Shown piece by piece: positions 30,613 to 39,677 of a DNA stretch of 64,000 bases (position 1 is the stretch's first letter; each line of letters starts with the position of its first letter). Below the pieces are notes generated by a model that worked only from the letters and a program-made list of their open reading frames with translations, did no database searches and was not told the origin of the DNA. The position numbers and the translations under genes were made by a program. The stretch is from an uncultured cyanobacterium. GTDB lineage: Bacteria > Cyanobacteriota > Cyanobacteriia > PCC-9006 > JAAUQQ01. Location of the stretch: positions 3,104,001 to 3,168,000 of the forward strand of contig OY970368.1 in assembly GCA_963718615.1 (NCBI GenBank). Reading direction: 5' to 3'.

Positions 30613-30645
30613 CGTTGGGTTTCGTTGCACTCAACACCAACCTAC
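30613..30645 (-). repeat. GTAG-type REP-like palindrome
   Basis: Minus strand GTAGGTTGGtGTTGAGTGCAACGAAACCCAACG, similar to GTAGGTTGGG...GAAACCCAAC repeats common in cyanobacteria. Confidence 0.55.
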
Positions 30646-30744
30646 GGATTTTTCTTTCTGTGCCAACGCAGACGTAATTTCTCTGACCAAAACCGCTAGG
30701 CGAGTGACATAAAAGTACTACTGCCAGCGCAGCGGAGACTTGTC

Positions 30745-30945
30745 ATGAGAAACCAACTCACTCTTGAAATCATCCGCGCCATCCTGCACCATGCCGAAGA
30801 ACACAGCCGCCTCGCCAAAAGCCACTACAATGCTTCCCTGGTCATTGCCTTCCTCTGCGTTCAATTCATTAACAACGCCGGAAAACAACTCCAGTCCGCC
30901 AGCCAGCAACTCAACCAAACCCTGGACAATTTAGACCAAAAATAA
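30745..30945 (+). CDS. Small hypothetical protein, possibly a shortened TRADD-N-associated membrane-type protein
   Basis: GGAG RBS; EHSRLAKSHYNASLVIAFLCVQF resembles the ERLRQAxxSFNxAL family pattern. Confidence 0.35.
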   Translation: MRNQLTLEIIRAILHHAEEHSRLAKSHYNASLVIAFLCVQFINNAGKQLQSASQQLNQTLDNLDQK

Positions 30946-30983
30946 CCCGCCTTCAGCCCCGTGCCTCAGTTCACAATCTCCCC

Positions 30984-31907
30984 CTAATCAAAATACTCAT
31001 CCAGAAAAAACGTCCCTTCCCCATCCAGATTATTCATGCAGAACGGCGCGTTTTTGCCATTCCAAGGCTTCTTTCCATTGGGCTTCGTCACCACAATCTG
31101 CCCATCGCTACCGCCAGCAGCATCGATATAATAGGCCGCCAATGCCTCACATTGCTCATGGGTTAAGGCCGGATTATTCGTATCCGCCTGAATCACCTTG
31201 CCATCAAAGATCTTTTCCTCGCTCAAACGATGGGGAGGCAGATTGGCAATGGTGAGCATCGGCGTATCGGCAGAGAGGAAAGCCGCCGCTGGGATAGCAG
31301 TAGCAGGGGGGGGCGCGACCGCTGAGGCAGAAACAGGTGTTGAGGAAGCAGATGTTGAGGCAGGAGTTGAGTGAGCAGAAGAGGCCATGGGCGCAGGCGC
31401 TTTGGGGGAGAGGCTGAGCAAAATTGCGCCGACGGTGACCACGATCGCCACAAACGCCGCACTACTCTTCCAGGTATAGACAAACCGCCTCGGAACTGTG
31501 GACTTAGGGGCTGCGGACTGGCGCAGAACAATTTGCCCCGTCCAACTGGGGAGGGTCGCCTGGGCACGATAGCCCCGCACCTGAATCGCCCTAATCTGAG
31601 CCAAATTTTGTGCCAAATTGAGATTGTGGCAAAAGCGTTTCATCCAAGCCAACAGCTCAGCCTTCGGTGGGGTCAGACGGCTGCTGAGATCGACCAGCAA
31701 AATCGAGCCCCGGCGCTGGACCCGCACCTGAATGCCTTTGGCTCGGAGGGAGCGGGCCATGAGGGTCGCGATCGCCCGAGGATGGTTAGGCTTAGCCGGT
31801 TTCTTCACCGGTCTTTTCGCCAGTTTCATAGCTGGTTTCACAGCCAGTTTCTTCGCCGATTGCAGGGCCGGTTTCATGGAGGCTCGCCTCGTGGTGGACA
31901 GACTCAT
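30984..31907 (-). CDS. Hypothetical single-TM protein with basic K/P/A N-terminus, Ser/Ala/Pro linker and small Cys-containing C-terminal domain
   Basis: 307-aa ORF; AKKLAVKPAMKLAKRPVKKP; TM AFVAIVVTVGAILLSL. Confidence 0.65.
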   Translation of the reverse strand: MSLSTTRRASMKPALQSAKKLAVKPAMKLAKRPVKKPAKPNHPRAIATLMARSLRAKGIQVRVQRRGSILLVDLSSRLTPPKAELLAWMKRFCHNLNLAQNLAQIRAIQVRGYRAQATLPSWTGQIVLRQSAAPKSTVPRRFVYTWKSSAAFVAIVVTVGAILLSLSPKAPAPMASSAHSTPASTSASSTPVSASAVAPPPATAIPAAAFLSADTPMLTIANLPPHRLSEEKIFDGKVIQADTNNPALTHEQCEALAAYYIDAAGGSDGQIVVTKPNGKKPWNGKNAPFCMNNLDGEGTFFLDEYFD

Positions 31908-32046
31908 CGCGTTGCTTCCCCGAGCTGAATCGAGCTTATTCTGCCATAGGTTATCTCAGCTTGGGATCGGGATAATGCCATTGGGGGGAGGTGTCTGTCA
32001 CCGGTAATATTGCTATGAACGTAAAAATTGTTCCCTATTGTTGGCG

Positions 32047-32328
32047 ATGACCATGCTCAACCCCCTTTCCCTCCCCCCCGAGGGCATCCTCAGCAAAGGC
32101 AGCTACCACAGCATTCTCAGCATCGGCAGCGTCGGCAGTATCCTCAGCATCGGCAGTGCCGGAAGCATTCTTAGTGTGGGAAGCGTTGGTAGCATTCTTA
32201 GCATTTGCAGTGCGGGCAGTATTTTAAGTTTCCTCAGTGCGGGCAGCATTCTGTCTTTGCTGAGCGTCAACAGCATTCTTAGCGTGGTGCGATTTGGTGC
32301 GATTTTGAACAGCCGAGTGCAGGAATAA
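32047..32328 (+). CDS. Small protein built from 9-aa SILSIGSAG-type repeats
   Basis: 7-8 tandem nonapeptides with synonymous codon variation, consistent with protein-level selection. Confidence 0.65.
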   Translation: MTMLNPLSLPPEGILSKGSYHSILSIGSVGSILSIGSAGSILSVGSVGSILSICSAGSILSFLSAGSILSLLSVNSILSVVRFGAILNSRVQE

Positions 32329-32571
32329 TCCCAGGAATCCTGCTCCCAAGGCGATGACGAGTAAGGGAAGAAGATTAAAATGAATGGCTGATCCCTCGAC
32401 ATTGTTCTGCCAGCGCATGAGCTCCAGCAAGCCCCACTGAAGCTTAAAGGAAGGAATCTGAAGCAACAGCAAAATTGCCGGTAGACCGAAAAAGCAGAGG
32501 ATGAGTGTCAGAAAAGTCAATACACTAATGTGCAAAAAGCGACCTGCTTGGGATTGGCGATGTTCTTTCAT
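32224..32571 (-). CDS. Hypothetical two-TM membrane protein
   Basis: Two hydrophobic segments; 3' end overlaps the repeat gene by ~105 bp. Confidence 0.45.
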   Translation of the reverse strand: MKEHRQSQAGRFLHISVLTFLTLILCFFGLPAILLLLQIPSFKLQWGLLELMRWQNNVEGSAIHFNLLPLLVIALGAGFLGLFLHSAVQNRTKSHHAKNAVDAQQRQNAARTEET

Positions 32572-32744
32572 AGTTGATGAAAAACAACTGCGATCGCCAA
32601 CCTAACCAACGCAAACATCTTCGACCTCTGTCTCAAGCCTTCAATCCGGGCGATCGCCCTCTCCGTAACCGTGAGCCATCGGTGCCCGTGCCGAAGCTTG
32701 CTAAAATCAAGGCTAAATCATTACAAAACGTAAAGCCTGACGCA

Positions 32745-33680
32745 ATGGGTGCATCTCTCCTGCTTTTGCTCTTCCTCGCTCTGCCTGCGGCAGGGATTGT
32801 TCTCTATTTGCTCAGCGCCCGCCGCTATCAGTCCTCGGACACCGTGGCGGATTCCTACGACCAATGGACCGAAGACGGTATCCTGGAATATTACTGGGGC
32901 GAGCATATTCACCTGGGGCACTACGGTTCGCCGCCTCGCCAGAAGGATTTCATCCAGGCCAAATATGACTTTGTTCACGAAATGGTGCGCTGGGGCGGTC
33001 TCGATCGCCTACCCCCAGGGTCCACCCTGATTGATGTCGGCTGCGGCATTGGAGGCAGCACCCGCACCCTCGCCCAGGAATACGGCTTCGACGCCATTGG
33101 CGTCACCATCAGTCCCCAGCAGGTCAAGCGGGCCACGGAACTCACCCCAGCAGGGGTCACAGCGAAGTTTAAGGTCGACGACGCCCTTGCCCTCTCCTTT
33201 GCTGATGCTAGTTTTGATGTAGTCTGGTCCGTGGAAGCCGGTCCCCACATGCCAGACAAAGCCCAGTTTGCGCGGGAGCTCCTGCGAGTGCTGAAGCCCG
33301 GTGGTATTTTGGTTGTGGCGGACTGGAATCAGCGGGACGATCGCCAAGTGCCGCTCAATCTCTGGGAAAAGCCAGTCATGCAGCAACTCTTGGATCAGTG
33401 GGCACACCCGCAATTTTCTAGCATCGAAGGATTCGCCGAACTGCTCGAAGCCACGGGCCTCACCCAAGGCCCAGTAGAAACCGCAGATTGGACCCAGGAA
33501 ACGCTACCTTCCTGGTTCGAGACGATTTGGCAGGGAATTGTACAACCCCAGGGCTGGATGCAGTACGGCGCTTCGGGCTTGATTAAATCTGTGCGTGAGG
33601 TGCCGACGATTTTGCTCATGCGCTTGGCCTTTGGGGCTGGTTTGTGCCGGTTTGGGATGTTTAAGGCCGTGCGGCAGTAA
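32745..33680 (+). CDS. MPBQ/MSBQ methyltransferase (tocopherol/plastoquinone pathway, Sll0418-like)
   Basis: ARRYQSSDTVADSYDQWTEDGILEYYWGEHIHLGHYG, DVGCGIGGS, WSVEAGPHMPDK; start ATG 32745. Confidence 0.9.
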   Translation: MGASLLLLLFLALPAAGIVLYLLSARRYQSSDTVADSYDQWTEDGILEYYWGEHIHLGHYGSPPRQKDFIQAKYDFVHEMVRWGGLDRLPPGSTLIDVGCGIGGSTRTLAQEYGFDAIGVTISPQQVKRATELTPAGVTAKFKVDDALALSFADASFDVVWSVEAGPHMPDKAQFARELLRVLKPGGILVVADWNQRDDRQVPLNLWEKPVMQQLLDQWAHPQFSSIEGFAELLEATGLTQGPVETADWTQETLPSWFETIWQGIVQPQGWMQYGASGLIKSVREVPTILLMRLAFGAGLCRFGMFKAVRQ

Positions 33681-33714
33681 ATGGCCAGTAAACGTCTTAG
33701 CGCCCCCTAGACCC

Positions 33715-35346
33715 CTAAAGAGCGATCGGCTCTTGCCCGGAAATGACCGGCGCGATCGATCGCAGCTGCAAATCCTTATGATCCGCCAATAACTGATTGA
33801 CATTCCACTCATTGCGGAACAGCAAAACGGGTCTCCCCCAGCTATCCTTCACCGTCACCGTATTAAACAGACGACCCAACTTTTCCAGGGTTTCCCAGCC
33901 CCCTTCCACCCAGCGAGCCACCTGAAATGGCAAGGGTTCCAAGCGCGTTTCAACGCCGTATTCATTTTCCAACCGAAACTGAACGACCTCTAATTGCAGT
34001 TGGCCAACCGCTGCCAAAATCGGTTCCCGTTTTGATTCATCGACGGAATACATAATCTGTACCGCGCCCTCTTCCCGCAGCTCTGAAACGCCCTTATTAA
34101 AGGACTTAAACTTGGACGGATTAGGATTGCGCAGCGTCGCAAAGATCTCCGGTGAAAAACAGGGGATGCCTTCGTATTCCAGCTTCTTGCCGGTGTAAAT
34201 CGTGTCGCCGATGGCAAACGCCCCTGGGTTATTCAAACCAATCACATCCCCTGGATAGGCTTCTTCCATGGACTCCCGACCTTGGGCAAACAACTTTTGC
34301 GGGCGCGACAGCCGAACCGTTTTGCCCGTGCGAGCATGCTGGACATTCATGTCCTTCTCAAATCGACCGGAACAGACCCGGACAAAGGCGACGCGATCGC
34401 GATGTTTCGGGTCCATATTCGCCTGGAGCTTAAAGACAAACCCCGTAAATTCGGGATAGACCGGCTCAATATCCCCTTTAGTACTGTTGTGGGGGCCGGG
34501 TTTGAGGCCATATTCCAAAAAGGCTTGAAGAAACAACTCCACGCCAAAGTTGGTCATCGCACTGCCAAAGAAGACCGGCGTTTGTGTTCCCCCATGGACT
34601 TTCTCTAGATCAAAGTCCGTTCCCGCTTCATCTAGCAGCTCAATGTCTTCCTTGAGTTGATAGTACAAATCCTGTTCGAGCAACGCCTCAATACGCGGGT
34701 CACTAATGTGAATCACCATTTCCTCCGCTTGGCGCTTACCGTGGGCGCTGCGCTCAAACAGATGGATTTCCTGGGTACGGCGATCGTAAACCCCTTTGAA
34801 GCGATCGCCCGTACCAATCGGCCAGTTGATCGGGTAGGTTTGCAAGCCTAATTCCTGCTCAATTTCATCCAGCAGTTCCAAGGGTTCGCGACCGGGGCGG
34901 TCCATTTTATTGAAAAACGTAAAGATCGGAATCTTCCGCATTTGGCAAACTTCAAACAGCTTGCGGGTCTGGGGTTCTAGACCTTTGGCTGAATCCTCTA
35001 GCATCACAGCATTGTCAGCGGCGGCTAGGGTGCGATAGGTGTCTTCGCTAAAGTCCTGGTGACCAGGGGTGTCCAGCAGATTGATCTGATAGTTTTGGTA
35101 ATCAAACTGGAGCACGGTGGACGTAATCGAAATTCCCCGCTGTTGCTCCATTTCCATCCAGTCGGAGGTGGCTTGACGCTGTGCTCGCTTTGCCTTCACC
35201 GCCCCTGCCTCTTGAATAGCCCCCCCGTAAAGCAGCAGCTTCTCCGTCAACGTCGTTTTACCGGCGTCGGGGTGGGAGATGATCGCAAAATTGCGACGGC
35301 GATCGATTTCTTGTTGCAGTTCAGCGGAGGTCAGGCTTGTGCTCAT
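33715..35346 (-). CDS. prfC: Peptide chain release factor 3
   Basis: [52 protein letters not shown]. Confidence 0.98.
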   Translation of the reverse strand: MSTSLTSAELQQEIDRRRNFAIISHPDAGKTTLTEKLLLYGGAIQEAGAVKAKRAQRQATSDWMEMEQQRGISITSTVLQFDYQNYQINLLDTPGHQDFSEDTYRTLAAADNAVMLEDSAKGLEPQTRKLFEVCQMRKIPIFTFFNKMDRPGREPLELLDEIEQELGLQTYPINWPIGTGDRFKGVYDRRTQEIHLFERSAHGKRQAEEMVIHISDPRIEALLEQDLYYQLKEDIELLDEAGTDFDLEKVHGGTQTPVFFGSAMTNFGVELFLQAFLEYGLKPGPHNSTKGDIEPVYPEFTGFVFKLQANMDPKHRDRVAFVRVCSGRFEKDMNVQHARTGKTVRLSRPQKLFAQGRESMEEAYPGDVIGLNNPGAFAIGDTIYTGKKLEYEGIPCFSPEIFATLRNPNPSKFKSFNKGVSELREEGAVQIMYSVDESKREPILAAVGQLQLEVVQFRLENEYGVETRLEPLPFQVARWVEGGWETLEKLGRLFNTVTVKDSWGRPVLLFRNEWNVNQLLADHKDLQLRSIAPVISGQEPIAL

Positions 35347-35385
35347 TCGGGACGATCAGTGCGAGGATGCGGGTGCTCATCCATT

Positions 35386-36018
35386 TTAGAGGTATGACGA
35401 CCGGCTGTTGGGCAAGGGAACCGGAGAAGTTTGCACTTCGGCCTCACGGGCCTCAATCCGGCGGAGTCGCCGTGCCGGGACCCCGGCCCAAACCTCATTG
35501 GCCGGAATATTGCGGGTCACGACACTGCCTGCCCCAACCACTGCATTGGCCCCAAGGCGACAACCGGGCAATACGGTTACCCCCGCCCCTAGCCAGACGT
35601 TATTCCCCAGATAAACCCCCGTTTTGGTTTCATCCCAGGGCTGATCATGGTAAATCTGATCCGGCTCAATTTGGTGGCTGGAGGCGATGAGCGAGACACC
35701 CTGGGCGATCGCACAGTCTGCCCCGATCCAAATTTCTCCTCCGGCGGCCCGGAGGTTGGCATGGGTGCCGATGATGGTGCGATCGCCAATGTGTAAGCCG
35801 CCGGGGACTGCGCTGTAGGGCGATCGCCGATGGACACAAATCTCTGAAAACGCACCAATCACCACATCTCGCCCAATATCAAACGCGTTGGGAGTGTCGT
35901 ATTGCAACGCCACAGGAAACGCCAAAACCAAACTGGGATGGTGTCGTTGAATTTGGTAGTGTCGGAGCCAAGCATCTAGCAGTTGCTTGGGTGCCCGCAG
36001 GAGCATTCTGACCGTCAT
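35386..36018 (-). CDS. Hexapeptide-repeat acyltransferase (LbH)
   Basis: LGNNVWLGAGVTVLPG...VVGAGSVVTRNIP....AGVPAR. Confidence 0.9.
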   Translation of the reverse strand: MTVRMLLRAPKQLLDAWLRHYQIQRHHPSLVLAFPVALQYDTPNAFDIGRDVVIGAFSEICVHRRSPYSAVPGGLHIGDRTIIGTHANLRAAGGEIWIGADCAIAQGVSLIASSHQIEPDQIYHDQPWDETKTGVYLGNNVWLGAGVTVLPGCRLGANAVVGAGSVVTRNIPANEVWAGVPARRLRRIEAREAEVQTSPVPLPNSRSSYL

Positions 36019-36315
36019 CTCTGTGTCAATCCTGCAAAAAGAATTGAAAGGGCTGAAGCGTCATCGGATTACTGTCTGATGAACACCTGATTACCGTCTA
36101 ATTACTGAGTGCTCTTCTTTAAAGAAAGACAGGGAATACACAGACGATCATAGCCCAGGGCTAAAGCCGGACTTTAAAGATTCAATGTTGTGGATATAGG
36201 CTTTTGCAAAAATTTGTCGTCCTCGCTCAAAGGTCTCGCATGTCTAAGGCTATGTATCAATCGTTTCTTCTTCCTTGAGGGTAGAGAAGCTCTAGAGAGA
36301 GTGGTCCAGGCATAG

Positions 36316-36344
36316 AAAAAGCCCTAGTGATGGTCACCAGGGCT
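36316..36344 (-). terminator. Intrinsic terminator downstream of dnaK
   Basis: Minus-strand hairpin AGCCCTGGTGA-cca-TCACTAGGGCT followed by a T run. Confidence 0.75.
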
Positions 36345-36392
36345 TGAAGTATTGCAGCACTGTTATTGCAGCACCGTCATTGCAGGAGCAAC

Positions 36393-38294
36393 CTACTTGC
36401 TTTCGGAGAACTCTGCATCAATCACATCATCGCCACCGTCCGAAGGCTCTGCATCCGCAGCACCGCTATCGCTGGGTGCACCAGCGGCGGCATCTTGGCC
36501 GTAGATGCTGCTGCCTACGCTATAGAGCGCCTGCTGGAGGTCATTGATAATCGACTTGATCTTTTCGACGTCCTCGCTGGCCTTGGCTTCTTTCAGTTGG
36601 ACCACGAAGCCTTCGACCTTTTCCTTGGCATCCGCTGGAACTTTGTCGCCCAGTTCCTGAACCTGCTTCTCCGACTGATAGATGATCTGGTCAGCCTGGT
36701 TCATCAAGTCAATCTTCTCGCGACGCTCCCGGTCCGCATCGGCATTGGACTCTGCATCCTTGACCATCTTCTCGACTTCGCTGTCGGAGAGGGTCGAAGC
36801 GCCGGTAATACTGATGGATTGCTCCTTGCCAGTGCCTTTGTCCTTCGCACTCACGGTCAAGATGCCGTTCGCATCAATATCGAAGGTGACCTCGATTTGG
36901 GGGACACCCCGTTGAGCCGGAGGAATGCCATCGAGCCGGAAGGTTCCCAGGCTTTTGTTGTCGCCAGACATTTCCCGTTCCCCTTGGAGAACATGGATTT
37001 CCACGTTGGTCTGACCATCCACCGCCGTGGAGAAGGTTTCAGACTTTTTGGTGGGAATCGTGGTGTTCCGGGGAATCAGCTTAGTCATGACGCCCCCTAG
37101 GGTTTCAACCCCCAGAGATAGGGGAGTCACGTCGAGGAGCAGAATATCCTTGACTTCACCCGCCAAGACACCGGCCTGAATCGCCGCACCAATCGCCACC
37201 ACCTCGTCTGGGTTAACGGTTTGGTTAGGGTCTTTGCCCAATACCTTTTTGACGACTTCCTGGACTGCCGGAATCCGAGTGGAACCCCCCACCAGAACAA
37301 CTTCGTCAATGTTTTCCTTGCTCAGCTTGGCATCCTTGAGCGCTTGCTCAACCGGAATGCGGCAACGATCGATTAAATCAGCACATAGCTCTTCAAACTT
37401 GGCGCGGGTCATCGTGATATCCAGGTGCTTAGGGCCATCCTGGGTTGCCGTGATAAACGGCAGGTTGATTTCTGCTTGGGTCAAGCTTGAGAGCTCAATC
37501 TTGGCCTTTTCTGCCGCTTCCGTCAGGCGTTGGAGCGCTTGGCTGTCCTTGCGCAGGTCAATGCCTTCGTTGCGCATGAATTCTTCCGCGAGGAAGTCGA
37601 CAATTTTCTTGTCGAAATCGTCACCACCCAGGTGGGTATCCCCGGAGGTGGAGAGCACTTCAAACACGCCATCGCCCACTTCCAGGACAGACACGTCGAA
37701 GGTCCCGCCCCCTAAGTCAAATACCAGAATGGTTTCGTTGCTCTTCTTGTCCAGGCCATAGGCCAGCGAAGCAGCGGTGGGCTCGTTGATAATCCGCAGC
37801 ACTTCCAGACCGGCAATCTTACCGGCATCCTTGGTGGCCTGACGCTGGGAGTCATTGAAGTAAGCGGGGACAGTGATGACCGCTTGGGTCACTGGCTGAC
37901 CGAGGTACTTCTCCGCATCGGCTGCCAGCTTCCGCAGCACCTTGGCAGAAATCTCTTCCGGTGCAAACTTTTTGCCTTCCGCCGGGCAGTCCAACCGGAC
38001 GTTGTTCCCGTCGTTTGTGACCTTATAAGCGACTTCGGTGGTTTCGTTATTTACTTCGTCAAACCGACGACCAATAAACCGCTTCACCGAATAAAAGGTG
38101 TTGGTGGGGTTCATCACCGCCTGACGTTTGGCGATTTGCCCCACGCGGGTTTCCTTGGTCTTGGGGTCAAACGCCACCACCGAAGGCGTAGTCCGGAGAC
38201 CCTCGGCGTTGGCAATCACGGTAGGCTTGCCGCCTTCCATTACCGCGACACAGGAGTTGGTAGTTCCTAAATCAATTCCGACGACTTTTCCCAT
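36393..38294 (-). CDS. dnaK: Molecular chaperone DnaK (dnaK2-type)
   Basis: [32 protein letters not shown]-terminal [10 protein letters not shown]. Confidence 0.99.
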   Translation of the reverse strand: MGKVVGIDLGTTNSCVAVMEGGKPTVIANAEGLRTTPSVVAFDPKTKETRVGQIAKRQAVMNPTNTFYSVKRFIGRRFDEVNNETTEVAYKVTNDGNNVRLDCPAEGKKFAPEEISAKVLRKLAADAEKYLGQPVTQAVITVPAYFNDSQRQATKDAGKIAGLEVLRIINEPTAASLAYGLDKKSNETILVFDLGGGTFDVSVLEVGDGVFEVLSTSGDTHLGGDDFDKKIVDFLAEEFMRNEGIDLRKDSQALQRLTEAAEKAKIELSSLTQAEINLPFITATQDGPKHLDITMTRAKFEELCADLIDRCRIPVEQALKDAKLSKENIDEVVLVGGSTRIPAVQEVVKKVLGKDPNQTVNPDEVVAIGAAIQAGVLAGEVKDILLLDVTPLSLGVETLGGVMTKLIPRNTTIPTKKSETFSTAVDGQTNVEIHVLQGEREMSGDNKSLGTFRLDGIPPAQRGVPQIEVTFDIDANGILTVSAKDKGTGKEQSISITGASTLSDSEVEKMVKDAESNADADRERREKIDLMNQADQIIYQSEKQVQELGDKVPADAKEKVEGFVVQLKEAKASEDVEKIKSIINDLQQALYSVGSSIYGQDAAAGAPSDSGAADAEPSDGGDDVIDAEFSESK

Positions 38295-38461
38295 GGTGGT
38301 TACGTTCGCTTTGCCTCAACTATTGCGTCCAAGTTCAGGCTTGCGATTCCCCAGGAAGCTTGCTTGGCAAGTCTCCCGGCTCTTCCACTGGGCCTGAACA
38401 AAACTCTGTCTTTACAAAAACAGTCTCGTCTATATTCCGGCCTATGTGACTCCCCTAAGAA

Positions 38462-38477
38462 GGGGAGGTTACCGAAC
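38462..38477 (-). promoter_or_regulatory. K-box-like element upstream of dnaK
   Basis: GTTCGGTAACCTCCCC vs cyanobacterial K-box GTTCGG-NNAN-CCNNAC; 5' half matches, 3' half only partly. Confidence 0.45.
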
Positions 38478-38530
38478 AACAAGGGGTAGGGGCACTAGCT
38501 CTGGGCTTCATGGGCCATCAGGTCCAATCC

Positions 38531-39493
38531 TCAATTCCAATAGGTGAGGGGTTGATTGGGACCGCGATAGCCAATAAACAGCGACATCGAAACGCGGGGC
38601 CCCCCTTCACAAGCACGTACAGCATGGACATGGCCGGAGTCAAAAAGGACGAGGTCACCGCTCTGAGGGGTGAGGATCACATCGGGGTCGGGCAGATTCT
38701 GGCGATCGACAATCCCTTCGTATTGGAATTCGTTGTCGCGGATGGCCTGCTGTTCTTGCAATGAGGGGCTGAGATGCCAGATTTCTAGCTGACCGCCTTG
38801 GTGGGCCGGACGCAAATAGATGTTGGCCGATAGCTGGCGCAGGAGCGATTGATGGTCGTTGAGCGGCGGCAGGGTTGCATCTTGCAGATCGCGAGCCAGA
38901 ATGTCTTGGTGGGGCGGCAGCTCAAAGCCGTTTTCGAAGACGCGGCCAATGCCAGCTAGCATCGGGCGGCCATGGGCGTTTTCGCTACGCACGCCATCGA
39001 GCCAAAGATCTCCTAATTCTAACCGCAGCTTATCCACCGGAGAGAGCAAGGGAGCACAGGCCCCCCGCAGGGCATGGGTCGCGGGCTGAGCCTCGTCGTA
39101 ATAACGCAGCAACTGCTCGGTACTGCCGTTGGTTTCAAAAAAGGTCATGCCGGTACGCCGAACGCCAATGTCTGGGGCACGAAAATAGCGTTCAAACTGG
39201 GCATGGTCGATGAGCTGCTGGCTGAGCCGTTGCGCTTCGACCTGAGGATAGAAATTGGAAATGTGAATCGCTAAGGTCTTGCCTGCAAACAGCTCCCGTA
39301 AATTGTTTAACGTCAGGCGGGAGGCAGTCGTTATCGATTTAACGGATGATTGCTGACAATCATCCGTAGTTATGCTGGGATGAGTAGTCTTAGAGGTGGC
39401 ACTGGGAGAGGCGATCGCCTGCAACTCAAACTCGGACAAACGCTCAGGTAAAGCCTCGGCAATCTGTCCAGAGGGAACGGAAAAAGAAGCCAT
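38531..39493 (-). CDS. 2-oxoglutarate/Fe(II)-dependent oxygenase
   Basis: PHQD...LSANIYL...GGQLEIW...GDLVLFDSGHVHAV...RVS. Confidence 0.85.
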   Translation of the reverse strand: MASFSVPSGQIAEALPERLSEFELQAIASPSATSKTTHPSITTDDCQQSSVKSITTASRLTLNNLRELFAGKTLAIHISNFYPQVEAQRLSQQLIDHAQFERYFRAPDIGVRRTGMTFFETNGSTEQLLRYYDEAQPATHALRGACAPLLSPVDKLRLELGDLWLDGVRSENAHGRPMLAGIGRVFENGFELPPHQDILARDLQDATLPPLNDHQSLLRQLSANIYLRPAHQGGQLEIWHLSPSLQEQQAIRDNEFQYEGIVDRQNLPDPDVILTPQSGDLVLFDSGHVHAVRACEGGPRVSMSLFIGYRGPNQPLTYWN

Positions 39494-39677
39494 GAATATC
39501 GGGTGATGATCCGTGAGGAAAAGCGTCAGAAACCTGACTTGAAGGCGAGGCTACGGCGATCGCCCTCCCCGATCAAGTGGCTTTGACCCCTAGGGTGAGT
39601 CTCCCCTAAGACCTTTGGACCCCAAGGGGATCGTTCCCCATCAACTTGGCTCAAAATCTGCTACTTTTAGAGATTTT

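Noticed and set aside
32047-32328. Repeat microprotein as an amyloid signalling partner of the NACHT-TPR protein
   Set aside because: It is ~13 kb away and no matching motif is present at the NLR N-terminus
36366-38270. Long plus-strand ORFs opposite dnaK
   Set aside because: Well-known antisense open frames of hsp70 genes
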